Shown here in pieces: positions 37,037 through 46,604 of a stretch of 64,000 bases of DNA. Made by a program: the position numbers and the translations under genes. The DNA lies in contig DASWXD010000004.1 of NCBI GenBank assembly GCA_036405675.1, positions 4,766 through 68,765 of the forward strand, read 5' to 3'. The notes beneath the pieces are model-generated. The model did no database searches, had not been told where the DNA came from, and saw only the letters and a list, made by a program, of their open reading frames with translations. Each line of letters begins with the position of its first letter. The stretch's first letter is position 1. This DNA is from Sediminibacterium sp. (GTDB lineage Bacteria; Bacteroidota; Bacteroidia; Chitinophagales; Chitinophagaceae).

Positions 37037-39166
37037 CTATTTTTCTGCCAATGGTTTCGCCTGTGCTTTAATATCTGTTCCTACCCGCTGCAGGTAAGCG
37101 ATCAGTGCAATGATCTCTTTGTTGGCAGTGGTATTGATCTTATCCAGTTTCAGGTTAATGCGGATCAGGTTGGCCTGCGACATGAGGTCGGCATTCGCCA
37201 CTTTATCATATCCTTCGGGATAAGGAACGCCCAGTGTTTGCATGGCCCTGATCTTGGCTGGTGTAATAGCGGTATCAATCGGATCATCCAGTAACCAGCT
37301 GTAAGAAGGCATGATGGAACCCGGACTCATACTCTGCGGCTCCAGCATGTGGTTGTAATGCCAGCTATCGGGGTATTTACCGCCGATACGGGCAAGATCC
37401 GGACCCGTACGTTTACTTCCCCACTGGAATGGGTGATCGTATACAAACTCACCGGCTTTGCTGTACTCGCCATAACGGGCCACTTCATCACGGAAAGGGC
37501 GCACCATTTGTGAATGACATAAATAACAACCCTCTCTCACATAAATATCTCTTCCCTGCAGCTCAAGTGGTGTGTATGGTTTTACGGCCGCAATAGTGGG
37601 GATATTACTTTTGATCAGGAAAGTAGGCACTATCTCCAGAATACCACCAATAGCTACTGCCACCAGACTGAATACCAGCATCTGAATAGGTCTTGCCTCA
37701 ATCCATCTGTGCCAGTATTGTTTACCATGGGTAACCGGTACTTTGGGTAATGCGGGTGCTTCGGCTTCTTCATTGGCCACCAGACTGCCCGCTTTCACTG
37801 TTTTTACAATATTATATACCATGATAAAGACACCTACCAGGTATAATAATCCCCCGATACTACGGGTAACATAGAGCGGAATAATATGAGTAACGGTTTC
37901 GAGGAACTGGAATTTCAGGGTTCCGTCATCGGTGAACTGTTTCCACATCATGGCCTGTGTAAAACCGGCCCAGTACATCGGGATGGCATAGAGTACGATA
38001 CCGATGGTGCCGATCCAGAAATGCGTGGTGGCTAATTTTTTAGAGTAGAGCGGGGTATTGAATATTTTAGGAATGATCCAGTACAGGATACCGAAGGTTA
38101 AGAAGCCATTCCAGCCAAGGGCACCTACGTGCACGTGTGCAATGGTCCAGTCGGTAAAGTGCGAGATCGCATTCACATTCTTCAGACTCAACAAAGGCCC
38201 TTCAAAAGTTGCCATACCATAACAGGTAATGGCCACTACCATGAATTTCAAAATAGGATCTTCCCGTACTTTATCCCAGGCACCCCGCAGGGTGAACAGA
38301 CCATTCAGCATACCACCCCATGAGGGTGCAATCAGCATGATGCTGAAAACAGTACCCAGGCTCTGCGCCCAGTCGGGCAGGGCTGTGTACAGCAGGTGGT
38401 GCGGTCCGGCCCAGATATAGATAAAGATCAATGCCCAGAAGTGGATGATGGATAAGCGATAACTGTATACCGGACGATTAGCTGCCTTGGGCAGAAAGTA
38501 ATACATGATACCGAGGTAAGGTGTGGTAAGGAAGAAGGCAACGGCATTGTGTCCGTACCACCACTGTACCAGTGCATCCTGTACACCTGCATACCAGCTG
38601 TAACTTTTCATCATGGAGAAGGGGATCTCGAAAGAGTTTACGATATGCAGCATGGCAACCGTAACCCAGGTAGCGATAAAAAACCAGATAGCTACATAGA
38701 GATGGCTCTCCCTTCTTTTCAGGATCGTACCAAACATATTGATACCGAATACTACCCAGATCAGGGTAATGGCGATATCGACGGGCCATTCCAGCTCGGC
38801 GTACTCCTTACCGGTGGTATAACCGGCCAACAGGGTTACCGCAGCAGCCACAATGATGAGCTGCCATCCCCAGAAATGGATCTTACTAAGGGCATCGCTG
38901 AACATACGTGCTTTACACAAACGCTGCAGCGAGTAATACACACCCATAAAGATGCCGTTTCCTACAAAGGCAAAAATGACCGCATTGGTGTGCACAGGAC
39001 GTACCCGGCCAAAAGTAGTAATGGGCAGACCAAAATTGGCCGCTGGCAGGTAAATCTGCACGGCAGCCAGTAAGCCCACGGTCATACCTACTACACCCCA
39101 TAAAATGGTGGCATACGCAAACATTTTAACGGTCTTGTTGTCGTAATAGAATTTTTCTACTTGCAT
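37037..39166 (-). CDS. ccoN: cbb3-type cytochrome c oxidase fused subunit I/II (CcoNO)
   Basis: QWWYGHNAV, WAGPHH, HVH; CcoO part EGCYLCHSQ, WGSKRTGPDL. Confidence 0.97.
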   Translation of the reverse strand: MQVEKFYYDNKTVKMFAYATILWGVVGMTVGLLAAVQIYLPAANFGLPITTFGRVRPVHTNAVIFAFVGNGIFMGVYYSLQRLCKARMFSDALSKIHFWGWQLIIVAAAVTLLAGYTTGKEYAELEWPVDIAITLIWVVFGINMFGTILKRRESHLYVAIWFFIATWVTVAMLHIVNSFEIPFSMMKSYSWYAGVQDALVQWWYGHNAVAFFLTTPYLGIMYYFLPKAANRPVYSYRLSIIHFWALIFIYIWAGPHHLLYTALPDWAQSLGTVFSIMLIAPSWGGMLNGLFTLRGAWDKVREDPILKFMVVAITCYGMATFEGPLLSLKNVNAISHFTDWTIAHVHVGALGWNGFLTFGILYWIIPKIFNTPLYSKKLATTHFWIGTIGIVLYAIPMYWAGFTQAMMWKQFTDDGTLKFQFLETVTHIIPLYVTRSIGGLLYLVGVFIMVYNIVKTVKAGSLVANEEAEAPALPKVPVTHGKQYWHRWIEARPIQMLVFSLVAVAIGGILEIVPTFLIKSNIPTIAAVKPYTPLELQGRDIYVREGCYLCHSQMVRPFRDEVARYGEYSKAGEFVYDHPFQWGSKRTGPDLARIGGKYPDSWHYNHMLEPQSMSPGSIMPSYSWLLDDPIDTAITPAKIRAMQTLGVPYPEGYDKVANADLMSQANLIRINLKLDKINTTANKEIIALIAYLQRVGTDIKAQAKPLAEK

Positions 39167-39207
39167 TATATCAATTTGAGGTTTGGAGTTTATAGTCAGG
39201 GAAAGGA

Positions 39208-39399
39208 TCAGTTATTCAGTGTTTCTTCGGCAAGCAAATCACGCTCCCTTTTTCCACCGGGTTTGTCTTCAAAGAGGATCCTTACAGCCGGGGCAATCTC
39301 ATCATCATACTGGCCATCCTTTACGCTCCAGATAAAGGCAAAAAGGAACAGGGAGGCTACTGAAATACTGGCAATTAGTAGTAAGATGATGACACTCAT
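39208..39399 (-). CDS. ccoS: cbb3 oxidase assembly protein CcoS
   Basis: FLFAFIWSVKDGQYDD...PAVRILFED; ATG at 39399. Confidence 0.93.
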   Translation of the reverse strand: MSVIILLLIASISVASLFLFAFIWSVKDGQYDDEIAPAVRILFEDKPGGKRERDLLAEETLNN

Positions 39400-39449
39400 G
39401 GGCAAAATATTATCTGTTGTAAAAATAAAAGGGTCCCACACGCCGGAGC

Positions 39450-39485
39450 ATGATATACATCAATACGGAATATGATTTTTATCAT
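39450..39485. promoter_or_regulatory. Tandem FNR-like boxes upstream of ccoS
   Basis: ATGAT-atac-ATCAA (39450) and ATGAT-tttt-ATCAT (39472), 22 bp apart. Confidence 0.75.
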
Positions 39486-39505
39486 ATCCGATCCGGTTTG
39501 TTTCA

Positions 39506-41905
39506 CTACTTCAGTTTTTCCCTGAACCCGAAGTAATTACTCAGTCCATACGTTACCAATAATATACTGATACTGCTACTGGGCATCAGAATAGCCGCGA
39601 TCATGGGGGATAAAACCCCCGTAACTGCAAAAAACAGCCCCACCAGGTTGTACAATACGGAGATCACAAAAGCGGCCATCACCACCTGTTTGTTGGCTTT
39701 ACCCAGTCTGATGAAACGATCCAGTTTGGGTAATTGGTCTGCCGCCAGGATGGCATCGCTGGCCGGCGTGAAATTATTGTTGCTCTCAGACACAGCTATG
39801 CCGATATCTGCCTGTTGCAGGGCGCCGGCATCATTTAACCCGTCTCCCACCATCATTACTTTTTTACCCTGTGCCTGTAATGTGCGGATGGCTTCCAGTT
39901 TATCCATTGGCTGCTGGTTAAACAGTAAAATAGCTTCATAGCCCAGCAACTGCCGCAGGTAAGCCTGTTCCCCCGCATTATCGCCGCTGAGTACTGCCAG
40001 CTGGTATTTTTTTCCCAGCCGTTGCAACATAGCCGGCACTTCTTCCCGGTAATGGTTCCTGAATTTGAACCGGCCCCAGACTTCTTCTTCAATGGCAATG
40101 TATACCTGTGAAGCATCGTTGGTCATCTGTTCTTTTTGGGTCACAAACGAAGCGGAGCCCAGGGTTATCAGGTCGCCATCTACTATACCTTCAATACCCT
40201 TTCCGGCTATTTCGCGGAAACCACTCACTTTATGCCGGGTCAGGTTACCGGCCCAGGCGGCAATGGCTTTACTGAAGGGGTGGGTAGACTGTGCCGCCAA
40301 TGCACCGATGGCTTTTACCTGCTTTTCCTGCAGGGGTTCGCCTTCATAGAGGATATCCTGATAGAGACCGGTGGTAAGGGTGCCTGTTTTATCAAAAACA
40401 ATGCAATCGGCACTGGCAATGTCTTCGATCACCTGTGCATTGCGCAGGTATAGATGATTACGCCCTAAACGACGGAGTATATTGGCGTTGGTGAAAGTGT
40501 TACTGAGTAATAAGGCACAGGGACAGGCAACAATGAGTACGGCGGTAACAGCTGTCCATATTTTGGACGGATCATGAAAATACCACCAGGCAGCAGCAGC
40601 AGCGGCAATGGTGAACAGGATGATGGTAAAATAACGGCTGAGCAGGTGCACAAAAGAACGCTCTTCATCGGGTTTGCCGGAATCTTCGTTCCGGTTCCAG
40701 AGTTTGGTGAGATAACTCTGGGCCACTTCCTTGATCACGAGGATCTCAATATTACCACCGGTCTGTTTACCGCCGGCATATACAATCTCGCCCATCTCTT
40801 TGGCAACCGGCAAACTTTCGCCGGTTACAAAACTATAATCGATCAGCGCCTTGCCCCTCGTAATGATACCATCTGCAGGAATCAGTTCCTCATTATGTAT
40901 CAGCAGCGTATCATTCAACCGGATATCGGGCAGCGCGGCCGTTTCCTGTTTTTCCTCGGTAATCCTGGTAACAGCAATAGGGAAATAAGAAGTATAATCT
41001 CTTTCAAAACTCAGTTGCTGGTAGGTCTTATCCTGTAATACCCTGCCAGCCAGCATAAAAAATACAATGCCGCTCATCGAGTCAAAATAACCACCGCCGG
41101 TGCCGGTCAGCACTTCGTATACACTGCGGCCAAATGTTACCCAAACGGCCAGTACAATGGGGGCATCGATATTAAGAAAACGGTGTTTCAGGCTTTTCCA
41201 GGCACTGGTATAAAATTCGGAAGCACTGTAAAAGAATACCGGTAAGGACAGGAACAGGTTGGCAAAACGGAATACCGTGAGCAGGTTTCTTTCCCTGGTA
41301 TCGATACCGAGGTATTCCGGAAAACTCATGAGCATGATATTGGCAAAACAGAAACCTGCCACACCCAGCTTGTATAATTTGGAAGAATCGATCGTCGTTT
41401 TTTTCGATCCCATATCGTTAAAACTGATATAGGGTTCGTAACCGATACTGGTCAGCAATTCTGCTACTTTCCGCAGTGGAAATGACTGGTGATCGAAAAC
41501 AATATCCACTTCTTTTTTAATGAAATTGACCTTACTGCTCAGCACTCCCGCTTCCAGGCGGTGCAGGTTTTCGAGCAGCCAGAGACAGCTGCTGCAATGC
41601 ATCTGGGGTACGTAAAAACTGATATGGCTCTGTGTCTCATCTCTGAAATGAATAAGAGATGCCGCAATCTTACTGTCATCGAGGAAAGCGAATTTATCTT
41701 CTCGTACTTTAACCTTCCGCGTAGTACCAGGATTGCTGCTGATACTATAATAATCGCACATACCATTCTGGTTCAGGATCTCATAGACCATCTGGCAGCC
41801 ACTGCAGCAAAAGTCTTTATCGTGTGCATGAAAAGTCTCCTCATTGCAGTCTTCGCCGCAATGGTAGCACCTGGGTTTGGCAGGAGAAGCTGTGAGTTTA
41901 CTCAT
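39506..41905 (-). CDS. ccoI: Heavy-metal P1B-type ATPase CcoI/FixI
   Basis: CYHC, CCSGC, HCSSC; TGES, ACPCAL, DKTGT, MVGDGLND. Confidence 0.95.
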   Translation of the reverse strand: MSKLTASPAKPRCYHCGEDCNEETFHAHDKDFCCSGCQMVYEILNQNGMCDYYSISSNPGTTRKVKVREDKFAFLDDSKIAASLIHFRDETQSHISFYVPQMHCSSCLWLLENLHRLEAGVLSSKVNFIKKEVDIVFDHQSFPLRKVAELLTSIGYEPYISFNDMGSKKTTIDSSKLYKLGVAGFCFANIMLMSFPEYLGIDTRERNLLTVFRFANLFLSLPVFFYSASEFYTSAWKSLKHRFLNIDAPIVLAVWVTFGRSVYEVLTGTGGGYFDSMSGIVFFMLAGRVLQDKTYQQLSFERDYTSYFPIAVTRITEEKQETAALPDIRLNDTLLIHNEELIPADGIITRGKALIDYSFVTGESLPVAKEMGEIVYAGGKQTGGNIEILVIKEVAQSYLTKLWNRNEDSGKPDEERSFVHLLSRYFTIILFTIAAAAAAWWYFHDPSKIWTAVTAVLIVACPCALLLSNTFTNANILRRLGRNHLYLRNAQVIEDIASADCIVFDKTGTLTTGLYQDILYEGEPLQEKQVKAIGALAAQSTHPFSKAIAAWAGNLTRHKVSGFREIAGKGIEGIVDGDLITLGSASFVTQKEQMTNDASQVYIAIEEEVWGRFKFRNHYREEVPAMLQRLGKKYQLAVLSGDNAGEQAYLRQLLGYEAILLFNQQPMDKLEAIRTLQAQGKKVMMVGDGLNDAGALQQADIGIAVSESNNNFTPASDAILAADQLPKLDRFIRLGKANKQVVMAAFVISVLYNLVGLFFAVTGVLSPMIAAILMPSSSISILLVTYGLSNYFGFREKLK

Positions 41906-41907
41906 AT

Positions 41908-42417
41908 CTATTCTGCCGATTGGGGTTTGCTACTGATAGAAGGATATAACAGACTCTGTTCGATATAGATCCATTGATGAATTTCTCTTTCCAGCAGGAA
42001 CAGTTCATTCACACAGGCCCTCCATTCTTTACACCAGCCGGGCTGAACCACATAGTTATTCAGTTGCTGGCGGAGTTTGAGTAACAAGTTAATAATAACC
42101 TGCTGTGTCTGGTGTATATTCTCGGGAATTTTGGGTGGGATCACGTAACCCGGACCCGCATTTTTAATAGCCGGAAAAATGATACCGGTTTCTTTGAGGA
42201 AAAGGTGCTCTACCTCATCCTGTAGTTTGGCAAACAGCAATTGAACCAGCTCATATACCGGTTCCGGTGTTACTTTATTGGATTCCTGTGAAAAATAATC
42301 GGCGATCTTGCGGCAAGACAATCTGATCTCGCGCTGGCATTCCTTTTCTACGAGGTTGCATAGGCCTGGTGGATCTAATGTTTCCTGCAACTTCGTATCC
42401 CATTGTTTCATCAACAT
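41908..42417 (-). CDS. Degenerate hemerythrin-like/RIC (YtfE/ScdA-like) protein
   Basis: KETGIIFP and EQSLLYP resemble KEExILFP and ENNILFP of RIC proteins, but His ligands are missing. Confidence 0.6.
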   Translation of the reverse strand: MLMKQWDTKLQETLDPPGLCNLVEKECQREIRLSCRKIADYFSQESNKVTPEPVYELVQLLFAKLQDEVEHLFLKETGIIFPAIKNAGPGYVIPPKIPENIHQTQQVIINLLLKLRQQLNNYVVQPGWCKEWRACVNELFLLEREIHQWIYIEQSLLYPSISSKPQSAE

Positions 42418-42464
42418 GTCCCTTCCATTTGACTGCAAGATACCCTGCTGCATTATGGGGATAT

Positions 42465-42505
42465 ATGATGATACTCAACCAAAAACATGATTTTTATCAT
42501 GTTTT
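42465..42505. promoter_or_regulatory. Tandem FNR-like boxes upstream of the RIC-like/ccoI unit
   Basis: ATGAT-gata-CTCAA (42465) and AAAACATGAT-tttt-ATCATGTTTT (core 42487), 22 bp apart. Confidence 0.75.
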
Positions 42506-42536
42506 AAATACATAAAATTAAAACTAATGTATGTGA

Positions 42537-43238
42537 TCAGTCCTGGAGATTAGCGGCCCTGATTAATTCCTTCGGTTTCATGATCTTGATCTTCTTGCCA
42601 TCCAGTTCCACCATACCATCTTTTTTGAACTCAGAGAGCAGACGGATGGCCGATTCTGTGGCCGTGCCAACCAGGTTGGCTATTTCTTCGCGGGAGAGGC
42701 GAACATTGAGGGTAATACCATCTTCTTCAAAACCATAGGTTTCCTTAATGAACAGCAGGGTTTCGGCCAGGCGTTCGCGGATGGGTTTCTGGGCCAGGTG
42801 GGTCAGTTTGATTTCGGCTCTGTGCAGTTCATCGCTCAGCAGTTTCATCATTTCAAAAGCCAATCCCGGATCCAGTTTCAGTACACTTACAAACAGGTCT
42901 TTGGGGATGAAACAGATCTGGGTATCTTCCAGTGCCACTGCACTCGCACTGTACCTATCGCCACTTAACAGGGCGCGGTATCCCAACACATCACCGGCTT
43001 TGAGCAGGCGGATGATCTGTTCCTTGCCATCATCGCCCTGGTGAGAGAGTTTTACCTTACCATCGTTGATGCAATAGACCCCAAAAGGATAGGAACCCTC
43101 ATTGAAAAGGATCTGTCCTCTTTTGTACACATTACAAATCTTCTGCTCATTGATCTGATTGATATATTCCTCTTTTGCTTTGCAAAAAACAGAATTGAAT
43201 CTTTGTGAACAGGATTGACAGGTGCTATGATCGTTCAT
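42537..43238 (-). CDS. fnr: FNR-type Crp/Fnr regulator with N-terminal Cys cluster
   Basis: CQSC-X8-C plus internal QICF; SREEIANLVGTATESAIR HTH; TAAATTTG promoter at 43267-43260 favours ATG 43238. Confidence 0.88.
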   Translation of the reverse strand: MNDHSTCQSCSQRFNSVFCKAKEEYINQINEQKICNVYKRGQILFNEGSYPFGVYCINDGKVKLSHQGDDGKEQIIRLLKAGDVLGYRALLSGDRYSASAVALEDTQICFIPKDLFVSVLKLDPGLAFEMMKLLSDELHRAEIKLTHLAQKPIRERLAETLLFIKETYGFEEDGITLNVRLSREEIANLVGTATESAIRLLSEFKKDGMVELDGKKIKIMKPKELIRAANLQD

Positions 43239-43410
43239 TGGTTGGTAGTACAATTCGCACAAATTTAGAATTTATCTGTTATAAACGGCTTTTTCCTTGG
43301 ATTTGTAGCCTGATTTCCGGCTTTCTGTTAAAATAACAGGGCCGTAAAAGGGGCTAGTTTTAGCGCAATCGCTTATTTATCACGCTTCTCAACCTATTTT
43401 TACAAGTATT

Positions 43411-44442
43411 ATGCCTTATTTCAACTGGAACGATAGTATTAATTTTTTTAACAAACTAAGTGTCCGCAGGCTGTGGAATGCCGCAAAAGTGTACAGCAGC
43501 TACCAGCTTACCAAACTTACCGGCAAGCCTATCCAGTGGGGGTATCCTATTTCTATCTCTTTTGAACCAACTACTTCCTGTAATCTGCGCTGTCCCGAAT
43601 GTCCGAGCGGCTTACGGGCTTTTACCCGCCCTACCGGGATGCTGGAGAATAGTTTTTTCAGGCAAACCATCGACGATATTTACAAAGACCTGCTGTACCT
43701 GATCTTTTATTTCCAGGGCGAACCTTACCTGAACCCGGATTTCCTCACCATGGTAAAGTATGCGCATGACAAGGGGATCTATACGGCCACTTCCACCAAT
43801 GCCCATTACCTGACCGATGAAAAAGCAAAACAAACTGTAGAAAGCGGCCTTGACCGGCTGATCATTTCCATAGATGGAACCACCCAGGATGTGTACCAGC
43901 AATACCGCGTTGGCGGTAAGCTGGATAAAGTGCTGGAAGGAGCCCGGAATATTGTAAAGTGGAAAAAAGAACTGAACAGTAAAACACCTTTCGTTTTCTT
44001 CCAGTTCCTGGTAGTAAAACCCAATGAACACCAGATAGAAGAGATCAAACGCCTGGGCAAAGAGATCGGGGTAGACCAGGTGCGGTTTAAAACTGCACAG
44101 GTATATGATTACGAGAATGATCCCCACCAGCTGATCCCCACTATCCAGAAATACAGCCGTTATAAAAAAGATGCCAGCGGAAAAATGAACGTAAAAAGCG
44201 GCCTCAGCAACCATTGCTGGAAGCTCTGGCATGCCAATGTGATTACCTGGGATGGACTGGTGGTACCCTGCTGTTTTGATAAAGATGCCACCCACCAGCT
44301 GGGGAATCTGCAGACACAAAGCTTTAAAGAAACCTGGCATAACGATAATTACCGCCAGTTCCGCCGCGAACTGCTCACCAGCCGCAAGAACATAGATATC
44401 TGTGCCAATTGCAGCGAGGGACTGACGGTGTGGGAGTCGTGA
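43411..44442 (+). CDS. Radical SAM protein with SPASM/Twitch domain
   Basis: CNLRCPEC, FYFQGEPYLN, STNA; C-terminal CWKLW...PCCFD...CANC. Confidence 0.9.
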   Translation: MPYFNWNDSINFFNKLSVRRLWNAAKVYSSYQLTKLTGKPIQWGYPISISFEPTTSCNLRCPECPSGLRAFTRPTGMLENSFFRQTIDDIYKDLLYLIFYFQGEPYLNPDFLTMVKYAHDKGIYTATSTNAHYLTDEKAKQTVESGLDRLIISIDGTTQDVYQQYRVGGKLDKVLEGARNIVKWKKELNSKTPFVFFQFLVVKPNEHQIEEIKRLGKEIGVDQVRFKTAQVYDYENDPHQLIPTIQKYSRYKKDASGKMNVKSGLSNHCWKLWHANVITWDGLVVPCCFDKDATHQLGNLQTQSFKETWHNDNYRQFRRELLTSRKNIDICANCSEGLTVWES

Positions 44443-44539
44443 GGCGTGAATCGTGAGTAGTCAGTAGTAAGTAGGTGGAAATGGATAAACGCTCCTTACT
44501 AACGTCTCACGACTGACGACTGACGACTCACGATTCACC
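44438..44539. repeat. Inverted repeat of CGTGAGT/CGTCAGT heptamers (family D, copy 2)
   Basis: CGTGAGG CGTGAAT CGTGAGT AGTCAGT AGTAAGT ... TCTCACG ACTGACG ACTGACG ACTCACG ATTCACC; first unit contains the TGA stop. Confidence 0.9.
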
Positions 44540-44563
44540 CGATACCCTTATTTTTACAAAACC

Positions 44564-45028
44564 ATGGGCATAGAAAAAGATATCCAGCAGCAGCAGTTCC
44601 GGAATGATTACCAGAAGGCTACGGTAAATATTATCTTTTCTGCGGGATGGTTACAGGAAAAGATCAAGACTTTTCTGGATGCAGAAGACATTACCCCGCA
44701 ACAATACAATATCCTGCGGATCCTTCGTGGTAACAAAGAACCGCTCAGTACCCTTCAGATCCGCGAAAGGATGCTGGATAAGATGAGCGATACCAGCCGT
44801 ATCGTAGAAAGACTGCAGAAAAAAGCCCTTGTAGAAAAGAAAACCTGCCCTACAGACAAACGTCTGGTAGATGTGGTGATCTCCAAAAAAGGCCTGGCTT
44901 TACTGGATAAACTGGATAAACGGAACGGAGAGCTGGATAGTATGCTGCACAGTCTCAGCAGCGAAGAAGCCCAGACGCTGAACCATCTCCTCGATAAAAT
45001 GCGCGACACCACCCGGCAAGTCCTGTGA
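44564..45028 (+). CDS. MarR family transcriptional regulator
   Basis: ITPQQYNILRILRG, SDTSRIVERL, DKRLVDV. Confidence 0.93.
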   Translation: MGIEKDIQQQQFRNDYQKATVNIIFSAGWLQEKIKTFLDAEDITPQQYNILRILRGNKEPLSTLQIRERMLDKMSDTSRIVERLQKKALVEKKTCPTDKRLVDVVISKKGLALLDKLDKRNGELDSMLHSLSSEEAQTLNHLLDKMRDTTRQVL

Positions 45029-45098
45029 ATTACCGGTAAGTTCCTGTTAAATCATCCACAATCGCTTCAGCCTGCACCAGTCGGTTTATCTTCGTAGG

Positions 45099-46586
45099 AT
45101 GAAGATTCTCTTTCGCCTCAGCCTGCTTTTGACAGCCTTCTGCTATTTACCCGTTAGTAAAGCCCAAACCGGTTCGCCCAATTATGAGTTCAGGGGGGTA
45201 TGGATTGCTTCAGTAGTGAATATTGACTGGCCCAGTAAAAAGAACCTGTCTGTAGAAGAGCAGAAAGCCGAATATATCCGCCTTCTTGACCTGCACCAGC
45301 GTAACGGGATGAATGTGATCGTCATGCAGGTAAGGCCCGCAGGTGATGTGTTATATCCCTCACCCTTTGAACCCTGGAGCGAATACCTTACAGGAAAACA
45401 GGGGTTACCTCCCTCTCCGTTCTATGATCCGATGGAATTCATGATCAGTGAAACACATAAACGTGGCATGGAATTTCATGCCTGGCTGAATCCTTACCGT
45501 GCGGTGTTTGATATGCTGCGTTCCTCCATCTTACCTTCCCATCTCACCAAAACACATCCTGAATGGTTTCTGGTATATGGCGGTAAGAAATACTTCAATC
45601 CCGGGTTACCGGAAGTAAGGGCTCATCTGGGTAAAGTTGTGCGCGATATGGTTACCCGGTATGATATAGACGGAATTCACATGGACGATTATTTCTACCC
45701 CTACCGCATCGCCGGTAAAGAATTTCCCGACCAGAAAGATTACCTGAAATATGGCAAGGGGCTTAGCAAAGACAGCTGGAGGAGAAGTAACTGTGATAGC
45801 GCGATTATGCAGATTCATGAGATTATCCGTAGTGTAAAGCCAAGGGTGAAATTCGGGGTAAGCCCTTTTGGGATCTGGCGCAACAAAAGCCAGGATGCCA
45901 TGGGCAGTGATACCCGCGGCGGACAAACCAATTACGATGATCTGTATGCAGATATCCTTCTTTGGCTGCAGAAAGGATGGATTGATTATGTAGTACCGCA
46001 ATTATACTGGGAGCGCGGACATAAGCTGGCCGATTATGGCGTTTTACTGGATTGGTGGAACAAATACACTTATGGCAAACACCTCTATATCGGCCATGGC
46101 ATTTACCGTGCAGGCACCAATACCGCCTGGAAAAATCCGAACGAAATTCCACAACAGATCGCGGAGCTGAGGAATTATCCCACTACGCAGGGCAGCGTTT
46201 ATTTCAGCAGCAAAACATTTGAAAAGAATCCGATGGGCTGGAACGATAGCCTGCGTAATCATTACTACCGTTACCCGGCACTGGTACCTGCCATGCCCTG
46301 GATTGATAATTCAGCTCCTGCGCAACCCCTGGTACAGCAACAGGATAACAATACGGTAAAACTGGTATACAAGGGAGAAGAAAAGATCAAAGCCTTTGGT
46401 GTATTAACCCTGACACAGAATACTGCCGCGAAGTTTACACTAGCGCAGCTGGTACAGGTAATTGTGGCCGATAAAGTAGCGGTGGTTGACCTGTCAAAAA
46501 TCCCCGATACAAAAAACAAACGCATTTTCTTTGTATCAGTAGATCTGGATAATAATGTAAGTCCGATGACAGAATTGGTAAGGTAG
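45099..46586 (+). CDS. Glycoside hydrolase-like 10 (YddW/DigH family) protein
   Basis: EFRGVWIASVVNIDWPS, EFHAWLNPYR, DGIHMDDYFYPY, SPFGIW, PQLYW. Confidence 0.9.
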   Translation: MKILFRLSLLLTAFCYLPVSKAQTGSPNYEFRGVWIASVVNIDWPSKKNLSVEEQKAEYIRLLDLHQRNGMNVIVMQVRPAGDVLYPSPFEPWSEYLTGKQGLPPSPFYDPMEFMISETHKRGMEFHAWLNPYRAVFDMLRSSILPSHLTKTHPEWFLVYGGKKYFNPGLPEVRAHLGKVVRDMVTRYDIDGIHMDDYFYPYRIAGKEFPDQKDYLKYGKGLSKDSWRRSNCDSAIMQIHEIIRSVKPRVKFGVSPFGIWRNKSQDAMGSDTRGGQTNYDDLYADILLWLQKGWIDYVVPQLYWERGHKLADYGVLLDWWNKYTYGKHLYIGHGIYRAGTNTAWKNPNEIPQQIAELRNYPTTQGSVYFSSKTFEKNPMGWNDSLRNHYYRYPALVPAMPWIDNSAPAQPLVQQQDNNTVKLVYKGEEKIKAFGVLTLTQNTAAKFTLAQLVQVIVADKVAVVDLSKIPDTKNKRIFFVSVDLDNNVSPMTELVR

Positions 46587-46604
46587 TTGAATTACACAAA
46601 GTAG

